DNA of 64,000 nucleotides from Oikopleura dioica (Eukaryota; Animalia; Chordata). The stretch covers positions 3,472,001 through 3,536,000 of the forward strand of contig OU015568.1 in assembly GCA_907165135.1 (NCBI GenBank), in the 5' to 3' direction. Position 1 is the stretch's first letter; each line of letters begins with the position of its first letter. Below, piece by piece: positions 43,426-55,421 of this stretch. A program made the translations under genes and the position numbers. The notes under the pieces are model-generated. The model ran no database searches, was not told the DNA's origin, and was given only the letters and a program-made list of their open reading frames with translations.

Positions 43426-46400
43426 ATGCGAGATCCGAAAAAGCAAAACCTGGCGATTGCCAGGCTCCGTGGAAATGCAGGAAATCGACTTGCAACGACG
43501 ACAAATCAAAATATGCAAATGTCGTCGATTATTATCAACAATGCTAGTTCTGTCGAGAACAAAATAATGGAAGATATTTCTGAGTAAGTGAACAGAAGAA
43601 AATATTCTTAGGGTGAGGCGGGGTGAGGGTTAGAGAGACTCTTAGGGTTAGGGTTAGGAAATGATATTAATTTTGAAGATCCTACGATAATGAAATCCAA
43701 ATCGACAACATCAACAACGAAAAATGGCTAAGAAAGCTCGAAAATGAGCGAAAACGAAGTTCCCAATTTCAAGTCATCATCGAAAACCTTCAAAATGAAA
43801 TTGAAGAAATCAGAAGAGAAAGGGACGAGTACGAGCAGCTTTGGATCAATCTCGCGGAAAAGCAGAAGAATCTCGAATGGAAGATTAGAAACGAAAACAG
43901 AGTGATCGACGATACTCCCCCTTGTAAGTCCGTTCTCGTAATCCCGTTTGAAAAAAAAATCATTCTAGTGATAATTCATTCCGTCGGAGTTTTGAAAGAC
44001 AACGTGAAAAACTTGCGCATCCACCTGGAAGACAAATACCCCCTGGTCGACATTCAGTTGAAAAAGCTTGTTTATGGATGCGAAGCAAAGGTGCTCTCTA
44101 AGTTAGACAAATTCGATTAATGTTCGACAAGGATTAACACTGGGTTAATCAGACATTGGGAAAATAAACAAATTTATATTTTAGGAAGGAGTAACGTTCA
44201 AAGCGCGCTGTATTAACCCGCAGACGATGGATGGAGATATCACCTTTGCGATCCATATTTTTGGGCCGGGAGAAAAGATCAAGACTTTCAAGGAAGAGTT
44301 TTTCGAAGTTCGAATTTCGAAGAAAAAAGTAGCCTTCAGAAAATGATCAGGAGTAAATTTAACTAAAAAAATCGATTATTTTGAATGCGTGTATAACATG
44401 ACATTATTAACTTCGTCTTCTTTACAGTAAAGAATTCATACTTTTGAAGAAAAACTCGACTAAGATTGCCGAAACAAACGAAGAGCTCGGAAGCTTCCAA
44501 GAATTCTCCTTCAACATGATCAATTTCGAGACGCAAAAGGCTCTGCCCAGTGGAAAGTACCGTCTTGCTCTGATGAACCGACATTTGGTCAGTCTTCGAA
44601 ACAAGTCGCAGCGAGAAATTTCGAATGTTTCTGACTTTGTTGTCCGAAGAAGAGACATTTACTTCACCTTCGATTGTCCGGAAGAAATTGAGGAGCCGCC
44701 GTTCGAGTTCAATATGCCGGATTTTACGCCACCGGATCAATATATTCCGAAAAATATCTACCAATTCAAAGAAGGCTATGAAGTTATCCATGTCAAGCGA
44801 TCTGAGGAACGGTTCTATATTAAACTAAGGGAGCCCCTTGTACAGCATTTGGAACCGTCAATAAGGGACTCGTTCATATTCCAGTGATTCGACAAGATCC
44901 TGATGAGCGATTCAGCTTTGGCTGGCAAGCAAACCTCAATAAGGTAAGCTTCCAAAAAATAACTCAAAACTTAATTTTCAGGACAATGGAAATCTTGGTG
45001 ATCACAGTGGTGGATACGGATATTTTAACGAGTTAGCTACTGATACTCGTATTACAGTCAGATTCGACCAGGTCTACAAGCCGAATGAGTTCTCTGTCAT
45101 TGATGTGATTCTACGAGATCATGAAGCCCTGGGTGAGCGTATGCACTCACAAATTCGGTAAAGTGGCGTTTTCGTGGAGGATTTTGATTTTGTTTAGGGT
45201 GGAAAATGACATTGAAAGCTGCGAGGTTGGATTCATTCCTGCAAAGCCGTTTGTTGGAACGTTCAATGGAGGGGACACAGTGGAATTGAAGGTTGTCAGA
45301 AACGGAATTTTATTTATTCATCATTGATCATTTCGGTGCAGATTGGACAGTCTGCTCTCGCGAAAGTACGGTATAAGAAAAATAAAACTGTAGATAAATT
45401 TGGGAAGTCTATCTATTGCTTCCTTTTTATTATTGAAGCTCCATTTTTGATTCTTACAAAATGATTTGGTCTAGATAGATTCTTCCCCGATTTATAGTTG
45501 GAGACAGCTGACCCCAATCAACTTTGATCTTTTTGATCTAGAATGGTTCTTTTTTATCATAATTGAGTGATTCTTATCGTTTACTCCCTTCAAGTTTTTT
45601 CTTAAGGGGGAGTATCACGCTTTTTTGAAAAATGGGGGGTCGGAGGATTGCTCTCATTTGCACTGCAACTTAGATATCGCGAAAAATATTTTTTCTGGAG
45701 AAACATTAGACCGATATCTAAGGCTGTTTTTCTCAGATTTTTATTTACTCAAGCGGTTTTGGAAGTAGAGAGCTTAGAACTGATCCCGATTTCGGAAAAT
45801 CGCGATTTTCGGCCATCGAAGAACAGCAAAAGCTCTTAAAAATTTGAGCTGGACCATCAAATTCTTATTTTGTAAGGAATTTTTATATTTTTAATGCTGC
45901 TGCATTAAATGAAATGAAGATTATCAGAAAAGTATTACCAAAAATAGATTTTTTAGTTCTAATCTTCCGAAAAGCGTGATACTCCCCCTTAAAAGAATAT
46001 ACGATTATAAGAACGAAAAAAATTCTCAAAAAGATCAACAACGGATCAAAGAATCGACGTCAAATGGTGCTCTCTCTTGAAAACCCAAGTCCTTGCCGCT
46101 CTTCGTCAACAGTAAAAACCGCTCTGTTATTTGAATATTTACGGTATTAAGAAACGCTTGTTTGGACACTGCAGCAGTTTCAATTAGCGTCCGGGAGGAC
46201 AGACTGTTTTGGAATAGACAAGAAGGCAGAGTCAGATTCGAGATTGGACAGGAGACGGCTATTATCAGATTAAAGGTTAGATTGACAACAAAACCTTCGA
46301 GTTAATTGTGACTAGATTCCTATTGCCGCGGAGCTGTGCATGGAAGAAATGCATGTCGAAATCCACCTCGAAAAATACCGCGGTTCTTCGAATGAGGGAA

Positions 46401-46504
46401 TCATTATCGACCAAGACAACGACGTTCGTTCGTTCAAAATCATGTACGACGAGTGCAAAACTCCTGACGATGATAGTAGTGACTCTTCCTCCAACTCCGA
46501 TTAG
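43426..46504 (+). CDS. Large multi-exon protein with N-terminal coiled coil and beta-rich C-terminal part; function unknown
   Basis: Most exons join in frame from MRDPKKQNLAIARL to DECKTPDDDSSDSSSNSD*. EVIHVKRSEERFYIKL is only weakly reminiscent of an extended Tudor domain. Confidence 0.5.
43608..43658 (+). repeat. Degenerate telomere-like TTAGGG repeats inside an intron
   Basis: TTAGGGTGAGGCGGGGTGAGGGTTAG...TTAGGGTTAGGGTTAGG. Confidence 0.6.
45606..45988. mobile_element. 383-bp MITE with TTAA TSD and GG...CC termini (Kolobok-like)
   Basis: Perfect 19-bp TIR GGGGGAGTATCACGCTTTT; TTAA at 45602-45605 and 45989-45992; intronic. Confidence 0.8.
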
Positions 46505-46585
46505 ATAATCAATCTGCATGAAACAAATTTGAATAAATATTTTTTGTATTGCAAATTTTTTTAATTTTGAAAGAAGATTTTTTTA

Positions 46586-47069
46586 TTACCGTCGTCGAAC
46601 ATTCTGTCGTACTCGTCCTTCGAGATAGTCCCGTCGCTTTCTATCTTCGAGCATTTTTTCTAAAGACATGATTATCGAGTATAAATTTGCGAGCAGGTGC
46701 GAGATCCGTTTCTTCGCTTACCGCATTTGTTCCCTAAAAGATGAGCATCGTCGAGGAGGTCTCCAAGGGCCAAACCGCGCATCCTGTAGTCCTAAATATG
46801 GTTGGAAAATGAGATCGAAAGGGAACTAAATGTGTATTAAATCATTGTGAAAATCTTACTCTTTGAAGAAGTTGAGCTCTGTTGTATGTGTTTCTGATGT
46901 CAAGGCAAGTTCTAGTGGCCTTTTGAAGAATTTTCTGATCCAATAAGAATTGATCATCTTAATCTTTTTATCCTTTTATGATCAAAAATAAGAGCTGACC
47001 TTGACGACGTCTGACGTACTCCATAATCTTGGGCAGGTTGGAGGAGCTGTACATTCCCATTTTTGTCAT
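46586..47069 (-). CDS. Small basic helical protein, about 110 aa, four exons; function unknown
   Basis: MTKMGMYSSSNLPKIMEYVRRRQ...KATRTCLDIRNTYNRAQLLQR|DYRMRGLALGDLLDDAHLLGNKC|EKMLEDRKRRDYLEGRVRQNVRRR*. Confidence 0.45.
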
Positions 47070-47295
47070 TTCTTATCTCTTTCGTGTTTTCCAGAATGGG
47101 AATCAGGGCCCCTGATTCAGGGGCGGATGCAGAGGGGCATCGAAATCTGACAGGTCTTACCAGGCAGTAAATCCAAATTATGTGAAGAGCTTTTAGTTTT
47201 TTTTCCTACCACGTGTTATTTGTTACCATATTGTCTTTTTTAAAAATGCAAGTATAAAGAATAGTTTAAATTCCCATTTTTATTCAGAAAACGAG

Positions 47296-49103
47296 TTATT
47301 TTTTAATGTTCGCATGAAAAATAGAACGCTGTATATGCAAGTCAAGAATAATGACAAAAGTGCACATTACCACAGCAAAGGTCAAAATCGTCGCCCAAAA
47401 ATGACTTGACATTTTCGCATAAAATCTCCAAGCCTTCTTCAATTCTTCATCTTCGATTCTTTCAATATTTCCTGGAGCTTCTAAGCGATTGATTTTCTAC
47501 TGTGCATATTTTTTCAAGTTTACCTATGATCAGCTCAATCGCATTAGGAATCTTGTACGATTGCCTTGTCAAACATTCGAAAAATTTCGCCATTTTCAAT
47601 GCGAATTTACATTTAAAAGGCGAAAGATTATGCAAAGTATCTTCGTCCGGTGATGATTTCCACATCGAAAATGCTAAAAAAAACGGTCATCTACAATTCT
47701 TTTTCAGGTTTCTTACTGAGTATAACATGAGAAATGAGACTGGCAACAGTTGTGAGGAGGAAAAGAATCATCAATCTGGGACTTTCATTGATTGTTTCGA
47801 AAACAGGCGTCGTCCGTGAAAGCAGGTCAAGATAGAGCACTACCGCTAAAAGCATCGTCACTTGGAATCCGACAGCTTCGCCGCAGGAAATCGGCATCCA
47901 AAGACCTAAGCAAACGAGGAGATTGAGGCATACGATCGGAATGAACAAGGTGACTTCATAGTAGACCTTGTGGCGTTCGAGAAGAAAATCAACATTGACA
48001 TGCGAATATGATCGTTTCAAATGGCCAACGACCGGCTCGACTGAATATTTGTAACCAAGAAGAGCCCATTCGGTGTTTTCACGGTAAAATGTCCCTTGGA
48101 GAAGGCTCAGATGAGTTTTTTCGTAACTTGCTACGCTAGAAGAGAGATTTTGAAGGGAGTTGAGCATGTTCCACTCGTGAAAGTGAAAATACAGCTTGTA
48201 ATCGGCCATCGTTGGCGTCGCAAAAGACAAACCGCATTCTTGCGAATCAAAAGGATATAAGGTCAGGTCGACATCGCAAGAAACCAAAGCACGCATCTTT
48301 ACGATTTCGTAAATTGTTCCGTCCTTGTGAACTTCGCAGACGTATTCAAGTCTCGGGTCGATCATTTCTACAAGATTCATGATCTCAATCGGAGGGGTCC
48401 AGATTTCCGAGGGTTCGAAGAGAGTGTACATGACTCCATGATATTTCTGTTCGTCCCATTTCAGCCGAGAGTCGTACCACTTTGCGTACATCGTGAAGGT
48501 CAAATCCATGTAGGCTCCTTTAAGCTCAATCTTGTTGATTTGTTGAAGCTCAATGTACAGATCAACGTCAATAACGTGATCATAAAGGGGTCGATTGAGG
48601 ATGTTTTTCAAGATGAGAATTTCGTTACTACTGACAGATTCGAAGAAATCGTCAGTGGTGACCTTGCATTTTCCTAAGAAATTATAGAGAACCTCTTTTC
48701 TCTGAACTTACCATGATAAGAATTTTGAGAACTTGGATTTTTTAAATAAATAAAATCCAGCCATTCTTCACAAGCGTTTAGCTCTTCAAATGCCGAATCT
48801 TCATCTTGGCAGTAGAAAACGTTTGAAAGAGTGTTCTCACGATTCGTTTGAGGGGGAAAATCGTCCATGATTTTTGGGATCCATTCTCGACAGATTTCTT
48901 TCCTGTATACTTGATCTTCGATCGACCTGTTCTTCGGCAGAGCGATTAAGGGACTCACATCTGATAAAAGAACTCAACCCTCAAACCAACAAAAAATGGA
49001 AAATACCTTTAAAATAGTTCTCTAAAAGGTCGTTATGTAATCTTTCTTCAGCAGTCGGTTCTCTTGCGAATAAAACACTATAAAGTGATAAAAATATAAA
49101 CAT
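47296..49103 (-). CDS. Cys-loop ligand-gated ion channel subunit (cation-type, nAChR/5-HT3-like, non-alpha)
   Basis: Signal peptide; AEERLHNDLLENY; WYDSRLKW; IWTPPIEIMN; Cys-loop CDVDLTLYPFDSQEC; M1-M4 with GE at the M2 intracellular ring; no vicinal CC in loop C. Confidence 0.85.
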
Positions 49104-49985
49104 ATTTTCATATAAAACGAAAGATTGAAGCAAAAATCGCTGTTCGGAGGTCGACTTTGGACAATCGATCCTTTATGAGAGCCGTTTTTATGGTGTATGA
49201 AGGGGTCGGTTGTGGTCAATTTAATTATTTAATTGTTCTCCAGGAGCTTTTACAAGCAAGCAATTGCAGCCAAACCAATTATTTTGCTTTCAAAGTATCG
49301 GCTCTGAAAATCGTAACTTTCGTAACTATATCAATACCGTTGGTTTCAAGTCGCACCTATTTAACCCTAGCCGGCCAAAGCCAAATTTCAAATGCATTTT
49401 TCGAGCCCTTGCTCTTATGAGTATCTAACCACCTCACACTATCTTGAAGGCGGTGAAGAGGTCTCTCAAATAAGGGGTACTCATGAATGATTTTTTACCT
49501 GTAACTCGAAATATGAAGGACTGAAAATTTGAAAATTCGAAAAAGGCGCCATATATGGGGGTTAACCTGGAAGGAATCCACGATATTTGAAATGTCAATG
49601 TTTCAAAAACTGATAAGGTCATGTTGACAAGGCTTCTCCTCAGTTACCTTTTTCGTATTTAGTTGCGGTTAAAATCGACGAATTACTAGATGAACAAACT
49701 CAATGGAAAACTATGATCCAGAGATAAAGGTTTTTTGAAACTTATCGTTTAAATACGAGTATTCTAGTGTTACGAATGTGAATGTATTGGACTCCTTAGA
49801 ATTGTCGACAACAAGATTTTTGTAATCCCCAAGAAATCAAGAATTCTAGTGTCAGAGAAGAAAAGATTTTATGAATTACGCGAACAGTACTTTAAAAATC
49901 TTTTTCACGAGGAAAAAAATATTTTAGTGGCTTCGCGACCACCACGCAGAAATTTACTTATCTCGGGCTTGGATTTATCTTTTGG

Positions 49986-52391
49986 ATGTCGATTGTTCTT
50001 TTGACAAATTTCATTGGGTTGAAAGATATCGGCCCTCGGTATACTTTCAAAACTCTCAATTGCGGTAGAAATTTGAAACAATGTCTGTTTGATTTTCCAT
50101 ATGAAGATTGCTACAGGAGCTTCTCGACTTGTATGCGAGAAAAGAAAGATTTTGTTTTCCCAAGTTCGAATGTGACGATTTTGGAGAAAAAAACAAAGCC
50201 TAAAGAGGAGATTTTTACTCAAGAAGAACAAGAAGTTAATTTGAAAAGATGCGAACGGCTCAATTTCTACGGTAAGATCGATCTTATTTATATATTTATA
50301 AAGCTCGTCTTAGATCGAAAAGTTTGCGAGAAACTCTGCGTGAAAATCAACGAAGAAGACGATGTTGTATGCAAGCATATCTGCGAAACACAATTGAGCG
50401 ACCATGGACAAACTCAAAATATTTGCCCATTTCAAGAGCAGTGTCCCTCTGGTTGCCCCTGCCCACTTTATGAGTGCGAGCATATAGACACAGAGAAAGT
50501 CCCTCTGGCCTGGTTTTACGAGGAAGGAAATAACTTATTCAGAACTTATCATGGAATGTCTGTTAATGAATTTGTTATGCTGGCTTTGCAAAATGGCAAA
50601 CCAGGGACTTTTGTTCTAAATGATGCGGTTCCCAATCCCAAACTTAATGAAGTTTTCTCAAGACTTGTATTAATCAATTCTACGAATTTGGAGATCGATA
50701 CAATTTACGACAGAATAGGAAATTTTAATAGATATTTATAAAATTTCATGAAATATAATCCATTAACTATATTTTCCTATTCGCTTAAAGTCTTTGTCAA
50801 CGAACAATTTTCCGTTCTTGGTCAAGAAATGCAGCCAAAAGCTCTCATTTCTTACCGATCAGATTTTATTGAGTATTATGAAAGAAGACCAATGGCACCA
50901 CTATATTTTAAAGGCAGGGTTCCAATTTTGAACGAAAAATTATGCATTTGTGTGAGCGATGAGTGAGCGAGAATTGAGCGATGGCTGAGCGAGCGTGTTC
51001 CTGAGCGAGATTTTCCAAAATTCGGCCAATAAGGATTCGCTGGTGAGTTATTAACGTCGCTGAAGCATCGCTAAAACCTCGCTCAAGCGTCGCTTAAACG
51101 TCGCTCAAACACCGCTCAAATCTCGCTAAAGGATCATGTTTTTTAACCTTGAGCGATCGAGTGGCTGAGCGGCTCCCTAGGAAAATCAATTGAGTGAGCG
51201 GAGCGTGAGCGAGATGTCGAATTGGAACCCTGTTTATAGGCAACCATTATCTCGTTTCGCCCGATTTCACGACATATCTTATTGACAAGAAGGAAATAAC
51301 TGACATTGGAGTTGACTCAGAACTACTTCTTAACCGCTTTGGACGAACAAATGTGCTTATTTTCGATGGTTATTTCAGTGTTGCTTCAGTTTATGAGGAT
51401 AAGTTCTTTTTCTGCTCAACAGCTAAATACATAAATTTTTGCTTCTTTTTCTACCCGGAAAATAAAGCAAATAAGAAACCGATTTATAAAGCTCGCGGAT
51501 CCCTTGTTAACGATTTTGGGGGGTATAATCGTCGACATATATTCGAAATTGACGGAGAGCTAAAATTAATTTCCGTGAATACCCTCGCTGCACATAATGT
51601 TCAAATTCAGACATTGAAAAATGAAAATGGGGACTGGAGCAAAATGCTTTACGAAGATCAACGTTGGGAAAGAGACTTTCATAATGACACATTTAGTAAG
51701 TCATATTCAACATACGATGTGGCTAAAAATGCATTGGGCCATATTCCTTATGATACCATCATTCAAGATTTTCTTCCTATTCCAGGTCTGGATTTTGCTG
51801 GTTATGTCAATCAAGTTTTGCTTGAGATTTCATATCAGCTCATCCGTTATAAAAGATAAAAAGGGAATCTTATTTGTTGCTACGTTTCGCCATCGTGAGT
51901 TTGAGGTAGAGTTCGACTTCTGTTTAGCAATTGTCAGTTGCCATTTGATAATGAATCGAGGCGTAGAAAACGCCTTTTTCGAATCAAATATCGAACTCTG
52001 GTTTAAGGAGCGGCCTTTTATCAACCCTTTTTTGCAGCTCGACGATAGTCAGTTCTGGACGAAAACTGATTATTTCATTATTTTGTACAGATACTTTGCA
52101 GGACAATTTGTCCGAATCGGAGAAGTTAAAACAAAGTTCACATATGGCTCAAGCCAATTTCTTCCATTTTATAAGGACATCACTTCTTTTGTTCAGAGTT
52201 TTCAAAGATTTTTTTACATCCTTCATAAAGATATTAGACCTTTCAAACTCATATAAGAACATCACGGCGATCTCATGATCTATGCGAATACAGAGAGAAA
52301 TAAGCTTTTCAAGCTTTCTTTTGACCTTGAAGACGATGAAATTCAACTAGAAACCATCATCACTCCTGGGATTAATTTTCTTGGGATATAG
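49986..52391 (+). CDS. Secreted Cys-rich protein with CPxxxxCPxGCPCxxYxC motif and beta-rich (Kelch/propeller-like) C-terminal region
   Basis: Signal peptide MSIVLLTNFIGL; ICPFQEQCPSGCPCPLYEC; exons joined through a GA-AG intron (50719-50790) and a MITE-derived GC-AG intron (50914-51239). 3' junctions are approximate. Confidence 0.6.
50915..51232. mobile_element. 318-bp hAT-type MITE forming a spliceable intron (introner-like)
   Basis: TIR CAGGGTTCCAATT; 8-bp TSD TTTAAAGG (50907-50914) and TTTATAGG (51233-51240); internal TGAGCG and CGCTCA repeats in opposite orientations. Confidence 0.85.
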
Positions 52392-52594
52392 ACTGCATCA
52401 CATGAAGATTAGCTTGAAGAAAAATAAATACTACGAACCATAAAAATCGTGTGAAATACCACTATGCAGACTTGCCTCAAATTGATCTGCTATCTGAAAA
52501 AGCTAATATAACAAATTGCAATATCGAAAATGACATCTCAAATAATCCCACTTTGCTTATAAACTCGCATCTGCCTTCGAAGCGATCCAAATAA

Positions 52595-53968
52595 ATGAAG
52601 CTTATTCTTCCCTTTTCGCTTGTTTCTGCGGACTCAACAATTGCATGCGACTACTGCTGCAAGCCAGAAAAGTATTCGAGAGATGCCGAAGTGCAGTGCT
52701 TTGAAAGAATTTGCATTTCGAATAATAATGCTTTTATTGAGTCCGCTTCTGATGAGCTCATGTTCGAGCGGGAATTAGATACAGACAGATTCCAAAGGGT
52801 CTTTGAAGATCTGCAACAGCTGACTTACCGTAAGTTTTCTTCTGTAAATCCCAGAGTTGCAAATTTTGATTACTTTTTCTGAGCTGAGCTGGCCTATTCC
52901 GGAGGTTACTGAACTGAGCTGGCCTTTTTCAGAGGTCATTGAGCGGAGTTGAGCTGAGCAGACCTTTTGTTTAAGAGAGTTGAGCTGAGCTGAGCTGAGC
53001 GGACCCTAATTAGAGCTGAGCTGAGCTGATTGAGCTGAGCTGAGTAAAATTGTATTCAAATTATTCAGCTGAGCTGAGCTGAGCTAAGTGATAATTGTCT
53101 GAGCTAAGCTGAGCTGAGCAGAACAGATCATGTTCGAAAATAATTGAGCTGAGCTGAGTAAAAATTGTCTGAGCTGAGCTGAGCAGATCAGATCATTTTC
53201 CAAAATCACTGAACAGTCGCTCAGCTCAGCTCACTCAGCCAGCTCAGCTCACTCAGCTCAGCAAATTTGCAATTCTGGTAAATCCAGTAACTCGATTCCA
53301 GTTCAATGATACTTCTAGTGGCTCATTACGAAGACCAGCTAAAGTTGGAAAAACAACGAGAACTCGGAACGACGGCAGATGTTAGTGGAATTTGCGACAA
53401 GTTTCGACCCTATTGCTCGACGAAAAATGATGCAGAAATGCTTGTGACTTTCAGAACCCCTTATTACAAGATCTTTCAGAATGCCTACTTTGGATCTTCC
53501 TACTCAAAAGCAAATGTCCACGCCCTTGAGCAATTTTTTCTGAATCTGTATCGAAATGATACGGATATTCTCTGCAAAGAAAACGAGCAAGCGCTCAAAA
53601 AGAGTGGCTTCTGGAATGAAAATAAAACGAGGATAATTTCGTGGACGCTTTTCCTGCTTTGGGTTCCGTTTGGCTTTATCTATCCCTGCTTGGAGTTGGA
53701 AATGATGTGTCTTTCTCGCGCGATTCGGCAGATCTTCTCAGTTGGTGGAACGAGGGGTCTAACGAATATCAGCCAAAATGTAAATTCAAAAGCAAAGAAG
53801 CGAAAGCAAAATCAACCCATTGAATTGAAGGAAGCAAATAGTACATCCATCCTCGAAACAGTGATAACAAGAGAAATCACAGTTTCAGAAACAACTCAAA
53901 CAAGAAAAATGAGCTTAATTGAAAGCAGCTCTATCCAATCCACGATTTCGAAGGATCCACGTAATTGA
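52595..53968 (+). CDS. Type I membrane or secreted Cys-rich protein of unknown function
   Basis: Signal peptide MKLILPFSLVSA; Cys-rich ectodomain; intron 52830 to about 53318; hydrophobic IISWTLFLLWVPFGFIYPCL; S/T-rich tail. Confidence 0.55.
52852..53277. mobile_element. 426-bp hAT-type MITE with (GAGCT)n subterminal arrays
   Basis: TIR CAGA(G/A)TTGCAAATTT; perfect 8-bp TSD GTAAATCC (52844-52851 and 53278-53285); many TGAGC pentamers, inverted near the right end. Confidence 0.9.
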
Positions 53969-54508
53969 AAAAAAAAGAAATCGTGCAATGTCGACATCTT
54001 TTACGCTCATCTCGTTACCTGCGAATAAATATGTTATCTCCTCTTTAAAAGGTCGCCCTTCGTTGTTCTCATAAATAAACTGTAAATGAGATTTTCTCCA
54101 CTAATTCTCCTCTGCTTGATTTCTCTTTCTATCTCTGCAGTTGATTTCAATGCAGAAAAGCATGGCAAGCGTAAGTAAAGTGGTATTTTAAATGAGCATC
54201 TTCTCATTGTTTTCATTGCTTCCTTGCAGTAATTCTCGAGAAAAATAAGAAGAAGATCGGCTTGCTGAACTTCCTAAAAAGAATCCTACTTGATACAGCT
54301 GATTACAAGTCTGCTAACCGATAGAACAAAAATATACAAATGGTAGTACTATTTGGTACATGACGTTCTATTACCAAGAATTGAATGAAAATTGAAACAT
54401 TTCATGATTGATTTCCAAGGCTGGGTCGAACCCTTGGGTCTATTCTGGATTTCTGCTACCCTGCGAACATTGAAATCGTGTGACAAAGTCAACTGGTAAC
54501 AAAAGCTT

Positions 54509-54580
54509 TGCTGTAACCAGGATTCGAACCTGGGTTGTCACGGCCACAACGTGAAGTACTAACCACTATACGATTACAGC
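54509..54580 (-). tRNA. tRNA-His: tRNA-His (GUG)
   Basis: GCTGTAATCGTATAGTGGTTAGTACTTCACGTTGTGGCCGTGACAACCCAGGTTCGAATCCTGGTTACAGCA; paired acceptor, anticodon and T stems; TTTT shortly downstream. Confidence 0.95.
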
Positions 54581-55421
54581 GCTGTTAAGCTGTTCACGAC
54601 TGTTATTTAATAATTAATTATACAAAACATAATATTTTTCTTTCCAATGGATTCGAACCTGCCAAAATGACCCTGCAGCAAGCGATTAGTTCAATTGATT
54701 TAAGTTCCACTATCTAAATTTTAACTTGAAGGCGGCTTTGCTACCGGTGGTATTCGGCCTTCTACTGATCCGACCGATCTAAGTTTATTTAAATTTATGT
54801 GGTCTCAGCTCTCGATTTATCAAAATAAAGCTATGTTATGCCTCCGAAATGATAGCGTAGTATACTCGCTAGGATTTTCTTTTTCCCTCATTTTTCAAAG
54901 TAACATTCTTGATAAAAAATACTTTTGAGCCACTTTTTATATTTTTCCTGTTCTATGAATTGATATTTTTACGAGTGAAAAAGATTTATTGCTGTCTACC
55001 CTCAAGTAATTATTTTTCATTATCCGGCGTTTGAGGAAAAAGAGAAAGAAAAAATGTAGCGTTGCAGGTTTGGTACGGTGGTATTTTAGTGCAGGTTAAT
55101 CATAGTGATCAGGAATCGCGTCAAATCTGAAGAGTGTCCGGCGCTCCGATCCGAGCTCATTGGACGCAGCAGGAAATCATGCCCAGCGGGTGCTCGGACA
55201 TGCCGCTGATAAAGTCCGACGGCACGCCTGATTCCACAACTAAGTATACAAACTCTGAAATCAAAATTCCTTTTCCATTATAAATTATAATTTATAATCA
55301 AATTATTTTACAGAAGAAATAAAATTAATAATCGAAAATGACGACGCAATAAAAAAAAGGACTAAAATAGAGAATCCAAAAGAGAATAAGTAGTTCTAGA
55401 GCAGAAGAATACGGCACGAAG

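Noticed and set aside
47117-47140. CAGGGGCGGATGCAGAGGGG hAT-like terminus
   Set aside because: No partner TIR or TSD seen; at most a fragment.
49361-49380. TTAACCCT piggyBac-like terminus
   Set aside because: No matching inverted end found.
52880-53262. GAGCT arrays as a CRISPR-like or satellite array
   Set aside because: No repeat-spacer regularity, eukaryotic context, and the arrays are enclosed by TIRs and a TSD, so they are MITE internal repeats.
54034-54216. Minus-strand 60-aa ORF
   Set aside because: No motif, signal or consistent splice model.
55060-55400. Minus-strand segment ending in CaaX-like CCVQ
   Set aside because: The upstream donor phase does not match that frame and there is no start codon; unsupported.
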